The notes under the pieces are model-generated. The model saw only the letters and a list, made by a program, of their open reading frames with translations, was not told where the DNA came from and made no database searches. A stretch of DNA of 64,000 nt, from positions 96,001 to 160,000 of the forward strand of contig CAWBNQ010000002.1 of assembly GCA_963790205.1 (NCBI GenBank), read 5' to 3'. Position numbers and translations under genes: made by a program. Shown one piece after another: positions 27,770-38,554 of this stretch. Each line of letters begins with the position of its first letter. Within the stretch, counting starts at the first letter, position 1. The DNA comes from Nitrospirota bacterium. GTDB taxonomy: Bacteria; Nitrospirota; UBA9217.

Positions 27770-30367
27770 ATGGCACGGTTTGATAAATTTACTCTTAAGG
27801 CGCAGGAGGCGGTGCAGGCTGCGCAGGAGGCGGCGGGCAAGCTTCATCACCAGCACATCGAAGCGGAACACCTCCTGCTCGCGCTCCTGGAACAGACGGA
27901 CGGCGTTGTCCTGCCGCTGCTTAAGAAACTCGGCGCAGACCCCGGGAGGATCAAGGACGACCTCGAAGAGGCCTTGGGGAGGCTGCCGAAGGTCGAGGGG
28001 CTGGTGCAGACCTATCTTTCGCCGCGCCTCGGCAAGCTGTTCGAACGCGCGGAACAGGAGGCTGACCGGCTCAAGGACGAGTACACCAGCACCGAACACC
28101 TGCTGATCGCCGCCGCCGACGGAGACGGAGCGGCCCGTGAAATCCTCGCGCGCCACGGTGTTACGAAAGAAAAGATATTCACGGTCCTCGTCGACATCCG
28201 GGGCAGCCAGCGCGTGACGGACCAGAACCCGGAAGGCAAGTATCAGGCCTTGACGCGCTACGGCCGGGACCTGACCGACCTGGCGCGACGCGGCAAGCTC
28301 GATCCCGTTATCGGCAGGGACGAGGAGATCCGGCGCGTGGTCCAGGTGCTGTCGAGGCGGACGAAGAACAACCCGGTTCTTATCGGAGAGCCGGGCGTGG
28401 GCAAGACCGCCATTGCCGAGGGACTGGCTCAGCGGATCGTCTCCGGCGACGTGCCCGAAGGCCTGAAGAACAAGCGCGTGGTGGCCCTGGATATGGGGGC
28501 GCTCATCGCCGGCGCCAAGTACCGCGGCGAGTTCGAGGACCGGCTCAAGGCCGTGCTCAAGGAAGTGACCGAGGCGAGCGGCGACGTGGTCCTCTTCATC
28601 GACGAGCTCCATACCGTGGTCGGCGCGGGCGCCGCGGAGGGCGCCATGGACGCATCGAACATGCTCAAGCCGGCCCTGGCCCGAGGCGAACTCCGGTGCG
28701 TTGGGGCGACCACGCTGAACGAGTACCGGAAATACATCGAGAAGGACCCCGCCCTGGAGCGGCGCTTCCAGCCCGTGCTGGTGCGTGAGCCGTCGGTGGA
28801 GGATACCGTATCGATCTTGCGCGGCCTGAAGGAGCGCTACGAGATCCACCACGGCGTCAAGATCAAGGACTCGGCGCTTGTGAGCGCTGCGCTCCTCTCC
28901 CACCGCTACATCGCCGATCGGTTCCTGCCGGACAAGGCCATCGATTTGATCGATGAAGCGGCCTCGCGGCTCCGCATGGAAATCGACAGTATGCCCGTCG
29001 AGCTTGATGAAGTGGAACGCAGGATCAGGCAGCTCGAGATCGAGCGTGAGGCCGTGAAAAAAGAGCAGGATGCCGCGTCGCGCGAGCGGCTCGTGAAAAT
29101 CGATAAGGAGATCGCCGGGCTCGCCGAAAAGCGCAGAGGTCTCAGGGTGCAGTGGCAATCCGAGAAAGAGGGCATCCAGAAGATCAGGACCATTAAAGAG
29201 CGGATCGAACAGGCCAAGATCGAGGCCGAGAAGGCGGAGCGTGAAGGCAACCTCGGACGCGCGGCCGAGCTGCGTTACGGCAAGCTCCTTGAACTCCAGA
29301 AACAGCTCGACCGGGAGTCGGGAAAACTGAGCGCAGTGCAATCCCAGACAAAAATACTCAAGGAAGAGGTTGATGAGGAGGACGTGGCCGAAATCGTTTC
29401 CAAGTGGACCGGCATCCCGGTGAGCAAAATGCTGGAAGGCGAGATGCAGAAGCTTTTGCACATGGAAGACCGGCTTCGCCTGCGCGTGGTCGGCCAGGAT
29501 GAGGCCATTACCGTGGTGTCCGACGCCGTGCGCAGGGCGCGGGCCGGCATCCAGGACCCGGACCGGCCCATCGGGAGCTTTATCTTCATGGGGCCCACGG
29601 GCGTGGGCAAGACCGAGCTCGCGCGGGCCCTTGCCGAGTTCCTGTTCGATGACGAGCAGGCCATGGTCCGCATCGATATGTCCGAATACCAGGAGCGCCA
29701 CACCGTCTCGCGCCTGATCGGCGCGCCTCCGGGGTATGTCGGCTACGAGGAAGGAGGGCAGCTCACCGAAGCGGTCCGGCGGAGACCCTACGCGGTGGTC
29801 CTCTTCGACGAGATAGAAAAGGCGCACCCCGAGGTGTTCAACGTGCTGCTCCAGCTCCTTGACGACGGCCGGCTGACCGACGGCCAGGGCCGCACCGTTG
29901 ATTTCAAAAACACGGTTGTCATCATGACCTCGAACATCGGGAGCCAGTACATCCAGGATCTCCGGAACGATGAAGAGGAGATGCGGCGGCGCGTGACCGA
30001 AGCCATGCGCCAGCACTTCAGGCCTGAATTCCTGAACCGCGTCGACGATATGGTGATCTTCCATTCGCTTGACGCCGAGGTGCTCAAACAGATCGTCACG
30101 ATCCAGGTCGGTCTCGTGCAGAAGCGCCTTGCGGACAAGAAGATCGAGATCGAGCTCACTGACGGCGCCAAAGAACTTATGGCAGAGGAAGGTTTCGACC
30201 CGGTTTACGGCGCCCGGCCCCTCAAACGGGCGATCCAGCGGGACGTGCTGAACCCCCTTGCGTCCAAGATCCTCTCGGGAGAGATCAAGGAAGGATCCCG
30301 GGTGGTGGTGGACCGGGACAACCGGCGGCTGATCTTCAGGGCGGCGCAGGCGGTGGGCGCCCGGTAA
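27770..30367 (+). CDS. clpB: ATP-dependent disaggregase ClpB
   Basis: Two AAA+ modules ([16 protein letters not shown]) and a coiled-coil M domain. Confidence 0.97.
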   Translation: MARFDKFTLKAQEAVQAAQEAAGKLHHQHIEAEHLLLALLEQTDGVVLPLLKKLGADPGRIKDDLEEALGRLPKVEGLVQTYLSPRLGKLFERAEQEADRLKDEYTSTEHLLIAAADGDGAAREILARHGVTKEKIFTVLVDIRGSQRVTDQNPEGKYQALTRYGRDLTDLARRGKLDPVIGRDEEIRRVVQVLSRRTKNNPVLIGEPGVGKTAIAEGLAQRIVSGDVPEGLKNKRVVALDMGALIAGAKYRGEFEDRLKAVLKEVTEASGDVVLFIDELHTVVGAGAAEGAMDASNMLKPALARGELRCVGATTLNEYRKYIEKDPALERRFQPVLVREPSVEDTVSILRGLKERYEIHHGVKIKDSALVSAALLSHRYIADRFLPDKAIDLIDEAASRLRMEIDSMPVELDEVERRIRQLEIEREAVKKEQDAASRERLVKIDKEIAGLAEKRRGLRVQWQSEKEGIQKIRTIKERIEQAKIEAEKAEREGNLGRAAELRYGKLLELQKQLDRESGKLSAVQSQTKILKEEVDEEDVAEIVSKWTGIPVSKMLEGEMQKLLHMEDRLRLRVVGQDEAITVVSDAVRRARAGIQDPDRPIGSFIFMGPTGVGKTELARALAEFLFDDEQAMVRIDMSEYQERHTVSRLIGAPPGYVGYEEGGQLTEAVRRRPYAVVLFDEIEKAHPEVFNVLLQLLDDGRLTDGQGRTVDFKNTVVIMTSNIGSQYIQDLRNDEEEMRRRVTEAMRQHFRPEFLNRVDDMVIFHSLDAEVLKQIVTIQVGLVQKRLADKKIEIELTDGAKELMAEEGFDPVYGARPLKRAIQRDVLNPLASKILSGEIKEGSRVVVDRDNRRLIFRAAQAVGAR

Positions 30368-30518
30368 CAACGGGCACCTTGTCCTCCTTAAGCGGACCGT
30401 TATAAAAATGACGATTTATAACGTCGCTATTTGCGGCGGATTATTTTGTGGTTGCAAATAGGATTGTATGGTATAGTAGCGACTTAGGACAGACCCATCC
30501 ATAAAACAAACAGGTTGG

Positions 30519-31673
30519 ATGATGCCTAAACAAAAAACCGCTAAAGGAAAAGGGGCCGCAAAGTCAGGTTCGGAGCGGGACTTTAAGACTCTTTTCTATC
30601 GAAAACTTACCGAGACCCACCTGTTCTACGAGGTCGGCCGGATTGTCGCTTCCGAGCTTGAGCCTTCGGACCTTATCCAAAAAATCGTGATCTCCCTGGG
30701 AAAGGCGATCAATTTTGACGATGCATCGGTCTATCTGGTCAAGAAAGACTTGACCGGCATGGACCCGTTGTACTACCATCAATCGTCGCTCCCTGAGAAG
30801 GGGACCGGCACGATCTATTTCGAAAACGGAGCGCCCGGCGAGATCGCCGCGAGCGGAGAACCGCTCTTTATCGACGATACCAGGCTCTACGAAAGCTTCA
30901 TCCACCAGCCGGACGAGGTAAAAAAGCCCGGCAGCTACATCGGCGTCCCGCTCAAGAACGAGAACCGGATCGTCGGCGTCATGGGGTTCAGCCACGGCCG
31001 GATCTCTGCCTTCCGGGTGGAGGATTTCGATCTGCTCCGGACGCTTTCTCACCTTGTTTCCGCGGGTCTTGAAAAGGCGGAGCTCTTTAAAAAAACGCTC
31101 GAGCTCTCGCGCGTTGACGAGTTGACGGGGATGCTCAACTATCGCGTGCTGCTCGAGAAGCTTGAAGAGGAAATCCGCAGGCAGGTGCGCACCGGCAGGG
31201 AATTTTGCTTTGTCATGATCGATATCGACGACTTCAAGCGCATCAACGACCGCTACGGCCATCTCGAGGGGAGCAGATTGATAGCGCAGATGGGCCCGCT
31301 GCTGAAAGCGGCGTGCCGGACGGGCAGCACGGACACCTGCTTTCGCTACGGCGGGGAGGAATTCTCGGTTTTACTCGCGGAGACCGATCTGCAGGAGGCG
31401 CTCGTAGTCGCCGAGCGCGTGCGGAAGGCGGTGGAAGAGTATCCGTTCTCCGTGAAGGTCGCACATCCCTCTGAAAGGGTGACGGTGAGCCTCGGCGTCT
31501 CTTTGGTGGTCCATGACGCCGGCAAGGCCATCCCCGAAATAATAAATGAGGCGGACATCGCCCTCTATCATGCCAAGGCCTCCGGCAAAAACAAAGTCGT
31601 CTGCTTCAACGAAGCCTGCACCATGCCCGTCGCCCCATCCGAACGGGGACCAGGCGGTCCGCCCCACCCTTAA
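30519..31673 (+). CDS. GAF-GGDEF diguanylate cyclase
   Basis: GAF domain; DELTG, DIDDFK.IND.YGH and RYGGEEF motifs. Confidence 0.93.
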   Translation: MMPKQKTAKGKGAAKSGSERDFKTLFYRKLTETHLFYEVGRIVASELEPSDLIQKIVISLGKAINFDDASVYLVKKDLTGMDPLYYHQSSLPEKGTGTIYFENGAPGEIAASGEPLFIDDTRLYESFIHQPDEVKKPGSYIGVPLKNENRIVGVMGFSHGRISAFRVEDFDLLRTLSHLVSAGLEKAELFKKTLELSRVDELTGMLNYRVLLEKLEEEIRRQVRTGREFCFVMIDIDDFKRINDRYGHLEGSRLIAQMGPLLKAACRTGSTDTCFRYGGEEFSVLLAETDLQEALVVAERVRKAVEEYPFSVKVAHPSERVTVSLGVSLVVHDAGKAIPEIINEADIALYHAKASGKNKVVCFNEACTMPVAPSERGPGGPPHP

Positions 31674-31843
31674 AAACAGCCCAGCTGGCACGCCGAGATC
31701 TTGATCTTCAGTTCGTTGCACAGCCCGCCGAGTTCCTGAAGCGTCACGTTCAATTCTTTAGCCAGGGCATGCGCCTGTTCGCACGTAAGCCGGTTGCCGG
31801 CCGATGAGGCCAGCAGCGCTTCAACTATCTTCTCCCGAGTCAT
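31670..31843 (-). CDS. Small conserved Cys-containing protein (57 aa)
   Basis: MTREKIVEALL...LTCEQAHALA...LCNELKIKISACQLGCF; GGAGGA RBS. Confidence 0.75.
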   Translation of the reverse strand: MTREKIVEALLASSAGNRLTCEQAHALAKELNVTLQELGGLCNELKIKISACQLGCF

Positions 31844-32014
31844 GTCTTCCTCCACGAGTACCTTATCTATAATACACGATGCACGACGGATTATGCAACA
31901 TCGGGACAAGTACCTGCTTTCCGATGTTGACTTGTCAAGAGCTCTCGGATAAAATGAACTATTCCAATAAATAAAAGCAGAGAGGCATCCCTGAACAGCA
32001 AGGAGGAGGCAGAC

Positions 32015-32947
32015 ATGGCGCAATTTTATGACGCAATAATCATCGGGTCGGGCCCCGCCGGGCTTACGGCGGCGCTCTATCTCGGGAGGGCAGGCCAGAA
32101 GAGCATTGTGCTCGAAAAGGATTTTGTAGGAGGCTACACCGCGAAGATCGCCCATATCGAGAACTACCCGGGTTACGAAACCATCAACGGCATGGACCTG
32201 ACGCAGATCATGGCCAGACAGGCCGAGAAGTTCGGGGCGACGATCGTCTATCCCGTGGAGGTTGTGGCGATGGAGCTGCAGGGAGAGGTCAAACGCGTGC
32301 GTACGCGCGAGGACGTCTATGAAGCCCATGTCGTCATCATCGCCATCGGAGTGGCCAGGAAAAAGCTCGAGGTCCCGGGCGCCAAGGAATTCCTCGGGAA
32401 AGGCGTGTCCTATTGCGCCACGTGCGACGGCAATTTTTTCAAGGGAAGGAAGGTGGCCGTGGTCGGCTCGGACGATGAGGCCGCCGAGGAGGCCCTCCAT
32501 CTCGCCGATCTTGCCGAGAAAGTGACCATGGTACCGCACAAGGAGCTCGACGTCGTGACCTCTGTCATGGACCGGCTCAAGTCCAGGACGAACGTGGAGA
32601 TCCATCCGGTGGCGAAAATACATTCTGTCGTCGGAGACGAACTGGTCACGGGGCTGAAGATCATCCATGATAGCACCGAGAAAGTGATTCCCCTCGAAGG
32701 CGTGTTCATCGCCATGGGGTCCACACCGATTGCCCAGCTCATTCTGAATGCGGGCGGCCGGGCCGACGACCGCGGCTGTCTGATCGTGGACAAGCACATG
32801 CGGATGAACCTCGAAGGCGTGTTCGCCGCCGGGGACTGCACCTGCGGCGGCATGCAGATCGTTGCCGCGGCGGGCGAGGGCGCGGTTGCGGGCATGCGCG
32901 CCGCGTCGTACGTGCGCAAGCTCAAGGCCAAGGCAGCAGGAAAGTAG
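32015..32947 (+). CDS. trxB: Thioredoxin-disulfide reductase family flavoprotein
   Basis: IIGSGPAG, IENYPG, GVSYCATCDG and GVFAAGD motifs. Confidence 0.88.
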   Translation: MAQFYDAIIIGSGPAGLTAALYLGRAGQKSIVLEKDFVGGYTAKIAHIENYPGYETINGMDLTQIMARQAEKFGATIVYPVEVVAMELQGEVKRVRTREDVYEAHVVIIAIGVARKKLEVPGAKEFLGKGVSYCATCDGNFFKGRKVAVVGSDDEAAEEALHLADLAEKVTMVPHKELDVVTSVMDRLKSRTNVEIHPVAKIHSVVGDELVTGLKIIHDSTEKVIPLEGVFIAMGSTPIAQLILNAGGRADDRGCLIVDKHMRMNLEGVFAAGDCTCGGMQIVAAAGEGAVAGMRAASYVRKLKAKAAGK

Positions 32948-33073
32948 CAAACTCCAAATCGCAAATTACAAATCCTGAATAAGCTCTAAATTTAAAATTC
33001 GAAAACGTTTCGGATATTTGAAATTTGGCAATTGAATATTATTTAGGATTTGGTGCTTGCGATTTGAAAATTT
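32948..33073. repeat. AT-rich heptamer-repeat palindromic intergenic element
   Basis: CAAACTC CAAATCG CAAATTA CAAATCC ... TTGAAAT TTGGCAA ... TTGGTGC TTGCGAT TTG. Confidence 0.7.
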
Positions 33074-33088
33074 CCTATTGGGGTATTC

Positions 33089-34372
33089 ATGATCATCAAG
33101 GACATGCTGGGCCGTACCGGCGTTATTTCAAGGGAAGGGGCGCTGAAAACGCTTGAGACGCATCTTACGGTCCTGCCTCCTGCCGCCGAAAAAATTCATA
33201 TAAGCCAGTCTCTCGGCAGGGTCGTTGCCGGGGAAATACTCTCGCCTGAAGAGCTCCCTGAATTCGACCGCTCCACCATGGACGGCTACGCGGTCCGGAG
33301 CGCTGATACGTTCGGCGCTGCCGAGTCGCTCCCTGCGTTGCTCAAAGTCACGGGCGATATCCTCATGGGGACCATGCCCGAGCGCGGTATCGCGAAAGGC
33401 GAGGCCATGAAGATCGCGACCGGCGGCGCGTTGCCGTCCGGGGCGGATGCGGTGGTCATGTTCGAGCAGACCCAGCCCGTAGATACCGTAACCATTGAAG
33501 TGGTCAAACCTGTCGCCCCCCTCGAGAACGTGGTCCAGGCCGGAGACGATATAAAAAAGGGAGAGGTCATCCTTGCCCGCGGACACCGGATCCGGCCCCA
33601 GGACATGGCGGCCCTTGCCGGTGTGGGTATCACCGGCATCGAGGTTTTTGAAAGGCCGAAGGTCGCCGTCATATCCACGGGAAACGAGATCGTTCCCGCG
33701 GACAGCGTTCCCGCGCCCGGCCGGATTCGGGACAGCAATTCTTATAATCTTGAAGGCCTGATCTCTCAGTCAGGCGGAGTTCCTGTAAAGATGGGCATCA
33801 TCCCTGATGAGTACGGCCGTTTGCGTGAAACTTTTGCAACTGCAATCAAGGACAGTGTGCTTGTTCTCATGACCGGCGGCAGCTCTGTCGGCACCGCGGA
33901 TCTGACCGCGAAGGTAATCAATGATACGGGACGGCCAGGCGTGCTGGTGCACGGCGTTTCGATCAAGCCGGGAAAGCCGCTTATTATCGGTATGGTCGGA
34001 ACCCCCGGCAGGCAGGTGCCGGTATTCGGGTTGCCGGGCCATCCGGCCGCGGTCAGCATCTGTTTCGATCTCTTTGTGAAGCCGATCCTCGTTCGTTTGA
34101 CCGGAGCAGTCCCTCATCCCGCGCTTGAGGGCATTCCGTCCAATCGCGTGGTAAGGGCCCGCCTTGCCCGGAGCATTGCATCCAGTCCGGGCCGGGAAGA
34201 CCACGTGCGCGTGGTGCTTGAAAAAAGGGATGACGGGCTCTGGGCCAGGCCTGTCTTCGGCGCGTCGGGGCTCATCAGCACGCTGGTCAAAGCTCTCGGC
34301 ACGGTCGTGGTCCCGGTCAACAAGATAGGGGTCGAGGCAGGCGAGGAAGTGGAAGTGAGGTTGTTCGCATGA
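33089..34372 (+). CDS. moeA: Molybdopterin molybdotransferase MoeA
   Basis: STMDGYAV, IATGGALP.GADAVVMFE, STGNE, TGGSSVG and GLPGHP motifs. Confidence 0.93.
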   Translation: MIIKDMLGRTGVISREGALKTLETHLTVLPPAAEKIHISQSLGRVVAGEILSPEELPEFDRSTMDGYAVRSADTFGAAESLPALLKVTGDILMGTMPERGIAKGEAMKIATGGALPSGADAVVMFEQTQPVDTVTIEVVKPVAPLENVVQAGDDIKKGEVILARGHRIRPQDMAALAGVGITGIEVFERPKVAVISTGNEIVPADSVPAPGRIRDSNSYNLEGLISQSGGVPVKMGIIPDEYGRLRETFATAIKDSVLVLMTGGSSVGTADLTAKVINDTGRPGVLVHGVSIKPGKPLIIGMVGTPGRQVPVFGLPGHPAAVSICFDLFVKPILVRLTGAVPHPALEGIPSNRVVRARLARSIASSPGREDHVRVVLEKRDDGLWARPVFGASGLISTLVKALGTVVVPVNKIGVEAGEEVEVRLFA

Positions 34373-34552
34373 GCGCGGAGTGCGCCCCGCACTCGCGCCA
34401 GGCACGATACTTAGACCCATTGTCGTACCATCTCGCTGAGAATCGCGAGACGGGAATCAAGGGCCTCATAAACCCGGGCGCAGGCGGGATGCGGAATAAA
34501 GAACGGCAGGATTGAGCGAAGGAATACGCATCGATCGACACCAGATAATCCT

Positions 34553-36484
34553 ATGGCATTCAAACAAAAAAAATATCTCGATAACCGGCCTCTTGCTGAT
34601 GCAATTCAGAAATACAGCGACGCATTGAAGGCGGCCGACATCGGCGGGCCGCTCCCGGGAGAACGCATCCTGATCGGCGACGCCCTGGGCCGGGTTACGT
34701 CCGAGGCGGTGATCGCGAAGATCTCGTCTCCCTTTTATCATTCCGCGGCCATGGACGGGTATGCTGTCCGGTTCATCGACACCTTTGGCGCATCGGACAC
34801 GAAACCCAAGCGTCTCCCGGCCCCTTCGCAGGCCATTGCGATAGATACCGGCGACCCCATGCCCGATGGTTTCAATGCCGTGATCATGATCGAGGACGTG
34901 GAAAAGATCTCCGAGGCCGAGATCGAGATATTGAAACCCGCGACCCCGTGGCAGCACGTGCGCCTGGTGGGCGAGGACATCGTTGCCACGGAGCTCATCA
35001 TTTCCGAGAACCACGTGGTCCGTCCCGTTGACCTGGCGGCGATGATCGCGAGCGGTCACGCCGGGGTCTGGGTGCGCAAGAGACCGGTGGTCTCCATCAT
35101 TCCCACCGGGACCGAGCTCGTGGAACCCGGAAGCGATCCGAAAAAAGGCGATATCATCGATTTCAACTCGACCATGCTCGCGGCAATGGCCACGGAGTAC
35201 GGCGCCCACGCAGTACGAAAGAACATCGTGCGGGACAATGCCGACCAACTCCGGAAGACCATCCTGGAGGCTCTTTCCGGCTCCGATATCGTCGTGATCA
35301 ACGCGGGGTCATCCGCAGGCAGGGAGGATTTTACCGCTGATACGATCTCCTCGCTCGGCGAGGTCATTGTGCACGGCGTAGCGATCAAGCCGGGCAAGCC
35401 CGTGATTCTCGGCATTGTGAAGAACAAACCGGTGATCGGGATCCCGGGTTACCCGGTCTCCGCGGCGCTCACGTTCAACCTTTTTGTCAAACCGCTCGTC
35501 TCTTCGCTCCTGGGCCTGAAATTTCCTGCCCCGGAAACGATTGCGGCAAAGCTCAGCAGGCAGGTGGCCTCTTCGCTCGGGCAGGAGGAGTTCATCCGCG
35601 TGAAACTCGGGAGCGTATCGGGAAGTCTCATTGCCACGCCCGTGACCAGGGGCGCGGGCGCACTGATGTCGCTCGTCCGGGCCGACGGCTTTATCCGCGT
35701 ACCGTCGGCCAGCGAGGGGATAGCGGCAGGCCAGGAGGTGACGGTCGAGCTTCTGCGGAATGCACGCGAGATCGAGAACACCATCGTCTGCATCGGTTCT
35801 CATGACAATGCTCTTGACGTGCTCGCAAATTTTCTCAAGAAAAAACATCCCGAGTTTTCGCTCTCATCGGCCCACGTGGGCAGCATGGGCGGACTCCTTG
35901 CCTTGAAGCGCGGAGAGGCGCACCTTGCCGGGACCCATCTGCTCGATGAAGCGACGGGTGAATATAATGTCAGCTACATCAAGAAACTGCTTCCCGGGAT
36001 GCCTGTGGTGCTCGTGAACCTCGTGTACCGGACGCAGGGGTTCATCGTTCCCAAAGGCAATCCCAAGGGCATCAGGGGGTTTGAAGACCTGACGAAGCCC
36101 AATGTCGTTTTCGTGAACCGTCAGGCCGGCGCCGGCACGAGGCTGCTCACGGACCTGTATCTGAAAAAATTGCAGATTGACCCGGAGCGCGTAAACGGGT
36201 ATGATCACGAGGAATATACGCACATGGCCGTGGCGGCGGCGGTGCTTTCGGGCGCGGCGGACACCGGGCTTGCGGTGCTTTCCGCGGCCCAGGCGCTCAA
36301 CCTCGATTTTATTCCTGTCGCGCAGGAACGGTATGACCTTGCGATCCCGCAGAAGTTCTACGATATTCCGATGATGCAGGTCCTGCTGGGGATCATTCGG
36401 GAAGACAGGGCGTTCCGCGACCGGATTGTCGGCATGGGCGGATATGACGCGAGCGAAATGGGGAACGTTATCGGCGTCTATTGA
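34553..36484 (+). CDS. MoeA fused to a PBP (LysR-substrate-binding-like) domain
   Basis: MoeA motifs, then IGSHD, VGSMGGL, HLAGTHL, NRQAGAGTR and ERYDL. Confidence 0.92.
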   Translation: MAFKQKKYLDNRPLADAIQKYSDALKAADIGGPLPGERILIGDALGRVTSEAVIAKISSPFYHSAAMDGYAVRFIDTFGASDTKPKRLPAPSQAIAIDTGDPMPDGFNAVIMIEDVEKISEAEIEILKPATPWQHVRLVGEDIVATELIISENHVVRPVDLAAMIASGHAGVWVRKRPVVSIIPTGTELVEPGSDPKKGDIIDFNSTMLAAMATEYGAHAVRKNIVRDNADQLRKTILEALSGSDIVVINAGSSAGREDFTADTISSLGEVIVHGVAIKPGKPVILGIVKNKPVIGIPGYPVSAALTFNLFVKPLVSSLLGLKFPAPETIAAKLSRQVASSLGQEEFIRVKLGSVSGSLIATPVTRGAGALMSLVRADGFIRVPSASEGIAAGQEVTVELLRNAREIENTIVCIGSHDNALDVLANFLKKKHPEFSLSSAHVGSMGGLLALKRGEAHLAGTHLLDEATGEYNVSYIKKLLPGMPVVLVNLVYRTQGFIVPKGNPKGIRGFEDLTKPNVVFVNRQAGAGTRLLTDLYLKKLQIDPERVNGYDHEEYTHMAVAAAVLSGAADTGLAVLSAAQALNLDFIPVAQERYDLAIPQKFYDIPMMQVLLGIIREDRAFRDRIVGMGGYDASEMGNVIGVY

Positions 36485-36540
36485 CGCCGGATTGGAAATT
36501 TCCAATATTCAATTTACCATCGGTTACGGAGGTATTGTAC

Positions 36541-37257
36541 ATGTTCGCAATAGCAGTGATGCCCGGATCGGGCATGGGAGCACTCGGTCTTTTCGGGGAG
36601 ACCGGGTTGGTCGGCAAGGGGATCGTGATCATTCTCCTTGGTTTTTCCGTCGTGTCCTGGGCCATGATCCTGCTCAAGTATCAATTTTTACGGAGGGCCG
36701 AGAAGGAGTCGCATGCCTTCCTCGCGGCATACCGGAAGACCAAGAACATCGAAGACCTCACCAGGCATGCGGAATCGAAGAAGTACAGCCCCCTTGCCAC
36801 GCTCTTCATCGAAGGCCTCCGGGAGGCCGAGACGATCATAAAAACCCTGCCCGATGGTCGCGTGAGCGAGGAAGAGCGGCCGCTCATCTCCCAGGAGATC
36901 GAGCGCTCGCTCAAGATCACGACGCAGGACGAGATCGTGTATATGGAGCGATACCTGGCGTTCCTCGGGACGACGGGGACCGTGGGGCCGCTCCTCGGGC
37001 TCTTCGGCACGGTCTGGGGAATCATGGACGCTTTTTACGGTATCGGGCTCAAGGGCGCCGGCGACATCGGCGCGTTGGCGCCGGGGCTGGCGGCCGCGCT
37101 CATCAACACGATCTCCGGTCTCTTCGTGGCCATCCCCGCCGTGATCGCCTACAATTATTTCGCCGACAAGATCCGCGACATCGCGATCCGGTGCGATTCA
37201 TTCTCCATGGAGTTTCTGAGCTATCTTGAGCGGAACCTGCTCCGGAGGAAGCCATGA
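36541..37257 (+). CDS. tolQ: TolQ (MotA/TolQ/ExbB) proton channel
   Basis: GPLLGLFGTVWGIM..F, ALINT..GL.VAIPA..YN motifs. Confidence 0.92.
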   Translation: MFAIAVMPGSGMGALGLFGETGLVGKGIVIILLGFSVVSWAMILLKYQFLRRAEKESHAFLAAYRKTKNIEDLTRHAESKKYSPLATLFIEGLREAETIIKTLPDGRVSEEERPLISQEIERSLKITTQDEIVYMERYLAFLGTTGTVGPLLGLFGTVWGIMDAFYGIGLKGAGDIGALAPGLAAALINTISGLFVAIPAVIAYNYFADKIRDIAIRCDSFSMEFLSYLERNLLRRKP

Positions 37258-37673
37258 GCTTTGAGCGAAGGGAGAGGCACATCATCCGGGAGCTCAATCT
37301 CGTGCCGCTCATCGACGTGCTGCTGACCGTGCTCTTCTTCTACATGATCGTCTCGCCCATGATGAGCCGCGGTCTCGACGTGAACCTGCCCAAGTCCGAG
37401 GCCAATACGGTAAAACCCGAAGACCGGATCGTGCTTACGGTGACCCGCAACCAGGAGCTCTTTGTGGAGAAAGAGCGCGTGGACATCTCGAAGCTCAAGG
37501 GTGTGCTCGCTTCCATCAGGAGAGCAAAACCGCAGGTCAACGTCTACCTCCGGGCCGACCGCGACGCGCCCTACGGCGCCGTGGTGCAGGTCATGGACGT
37601 CGTAAAACGCGCCGGGATCGACCGGCTCGGCATGGTGACCGAGCCCGCGACGGAGGGCGTGTCCGGCAAATGA
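37254..37673 (+). CDS. tolR: TolR/ExbD
   Basis: NLVPLIDVLL and LRAD...YG.VVQVM motifs. Confidence 0.92.
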   Translation: MSFERRERHIIRELNLVPLIDVLLTVLFFYMIVSPMMSRGLDVNLPKSEANTVKPEDRIVLTVTRNQELFVEKERVDISKLKGVLASIRRAKPQVNVYLRADRDAPYGAVVQVMDVVKRAGIDRLGMVTEPATEGVSGK

Positions 37674-38449
37674 AACTGTCCTCCGGAAAGAGGATCGGTC
37701 AGTCCGGCAGGGAACTCGCGGCAGCGGCTTTCTTTTCTTTTTTTCTTCATGGGATCCTTCTTGCCGCCGCCCTTCTCTACCTGCACGCAACTCCGAAGAC
37801 GCACCTGCCGCCGTTCTATGATGTAAAGCTTGTAGGCCAGCCGGCGGCGCCCGCGGAACTTCCTCAAACGCCTCCGCGGGCGGGTCAGCCCGCGCCTTCG
37901 AAACAGGTGGCAAAGGCCTCGCCGAAAAAAGGGAAAAAATCCGCCCCGAAAGCGTACAAGGCGCAGGCAAAAAAGAGCGTCCTTCCGAAAGTGTTCAAGG
38001 CGCAGGCAAACAAGGGCGCCCTGCCGGAGTTGGCGAAGCCGCAACAGAAACCCGCGGAAATGGCACGGGAGCAGCCGCCGCAACCGGCGGGCGGGACCCC
38101 AAGCGGAGCAACAGGGACCGGGGCGAAGGGCGAGAATGTTGAGGTGACCGCATCTCAGCAGAACTTCAAGGACGCCTGGTATCTCTTGCTCGTTCGCGAT
38201 AAGATAGGGCAAAACTGGAGGCCGCCGCCGGATGCTAAAGATGCCAAGGTAAGGGTCATATTTACAATCAATAGATCCGGCTGGACAAGTCCCAGTGATG
38301 TAAATATCGATGAAAAAAATTCCACCGGCACGTATGGATTTAAGCTGGCGGCAGTGCGGGCGATACTTTCATCCAAGCCATTTCCCCAGCTTCCTGACGA
38401 CTTTCCGAAACAGACGTTAGAGCTGAGCGTGGATTTGATGGCGGAGTAA
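37670..38449 (+). CDS. tolA: TolA/TonB C-terminal domain protein
   Basis: TM helix with SxxxH, Lys/Pro/Ala-rich linker and NW.PP C-terminal domain; operon position. Confidence 0.75.
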   Translation: MKLSSGKRIGQSGRELAAAAFFSFFLHGILLAAALLYLHATPKTHLPPFYDVKLVGQPAAPAELPQTPPRAGQPAPSKQVAKASPKKGKKSAPKAYKAQAKKSVLPKVFKAQANKGALPELAKPQQKPAEMAREQPPQPAGGTPSGATGTGAKGENVEVTASQQNFKDAWYLLLVRDKIGQNWRPPPDAKDAKVRVIFTINRSGWTSPSDVNIDEKNSTGTYGFKLAAVRAILSSKPFPQLPDDFPKQTLELSVDLMAE

Positions 38450-38554
38450 GTAAAGCGCCAGTTTGTCGTTGATGGCCCCTCCGTACCGGCATTTGCCGCG
38501 AACGATGGGCTGCGACCGCTTTGTTGAACCAGGAGCCAAGAGCTGTTTTCTGCC

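Noticed and set aside
27407..30370. 987-aa minus-strand ORF, and similar long antisense ORFs such as 44975-48202, 10549-11871 and 38573-39922
   Set aside because: Antisense shadows of well-supported plus-strand genes in GC-rich DNA; no motifs or RBS.
32948..33073. CRISPR array
   Set aside because: Units are degenerate 7-mers without unique spacers; no cas genes in the window.
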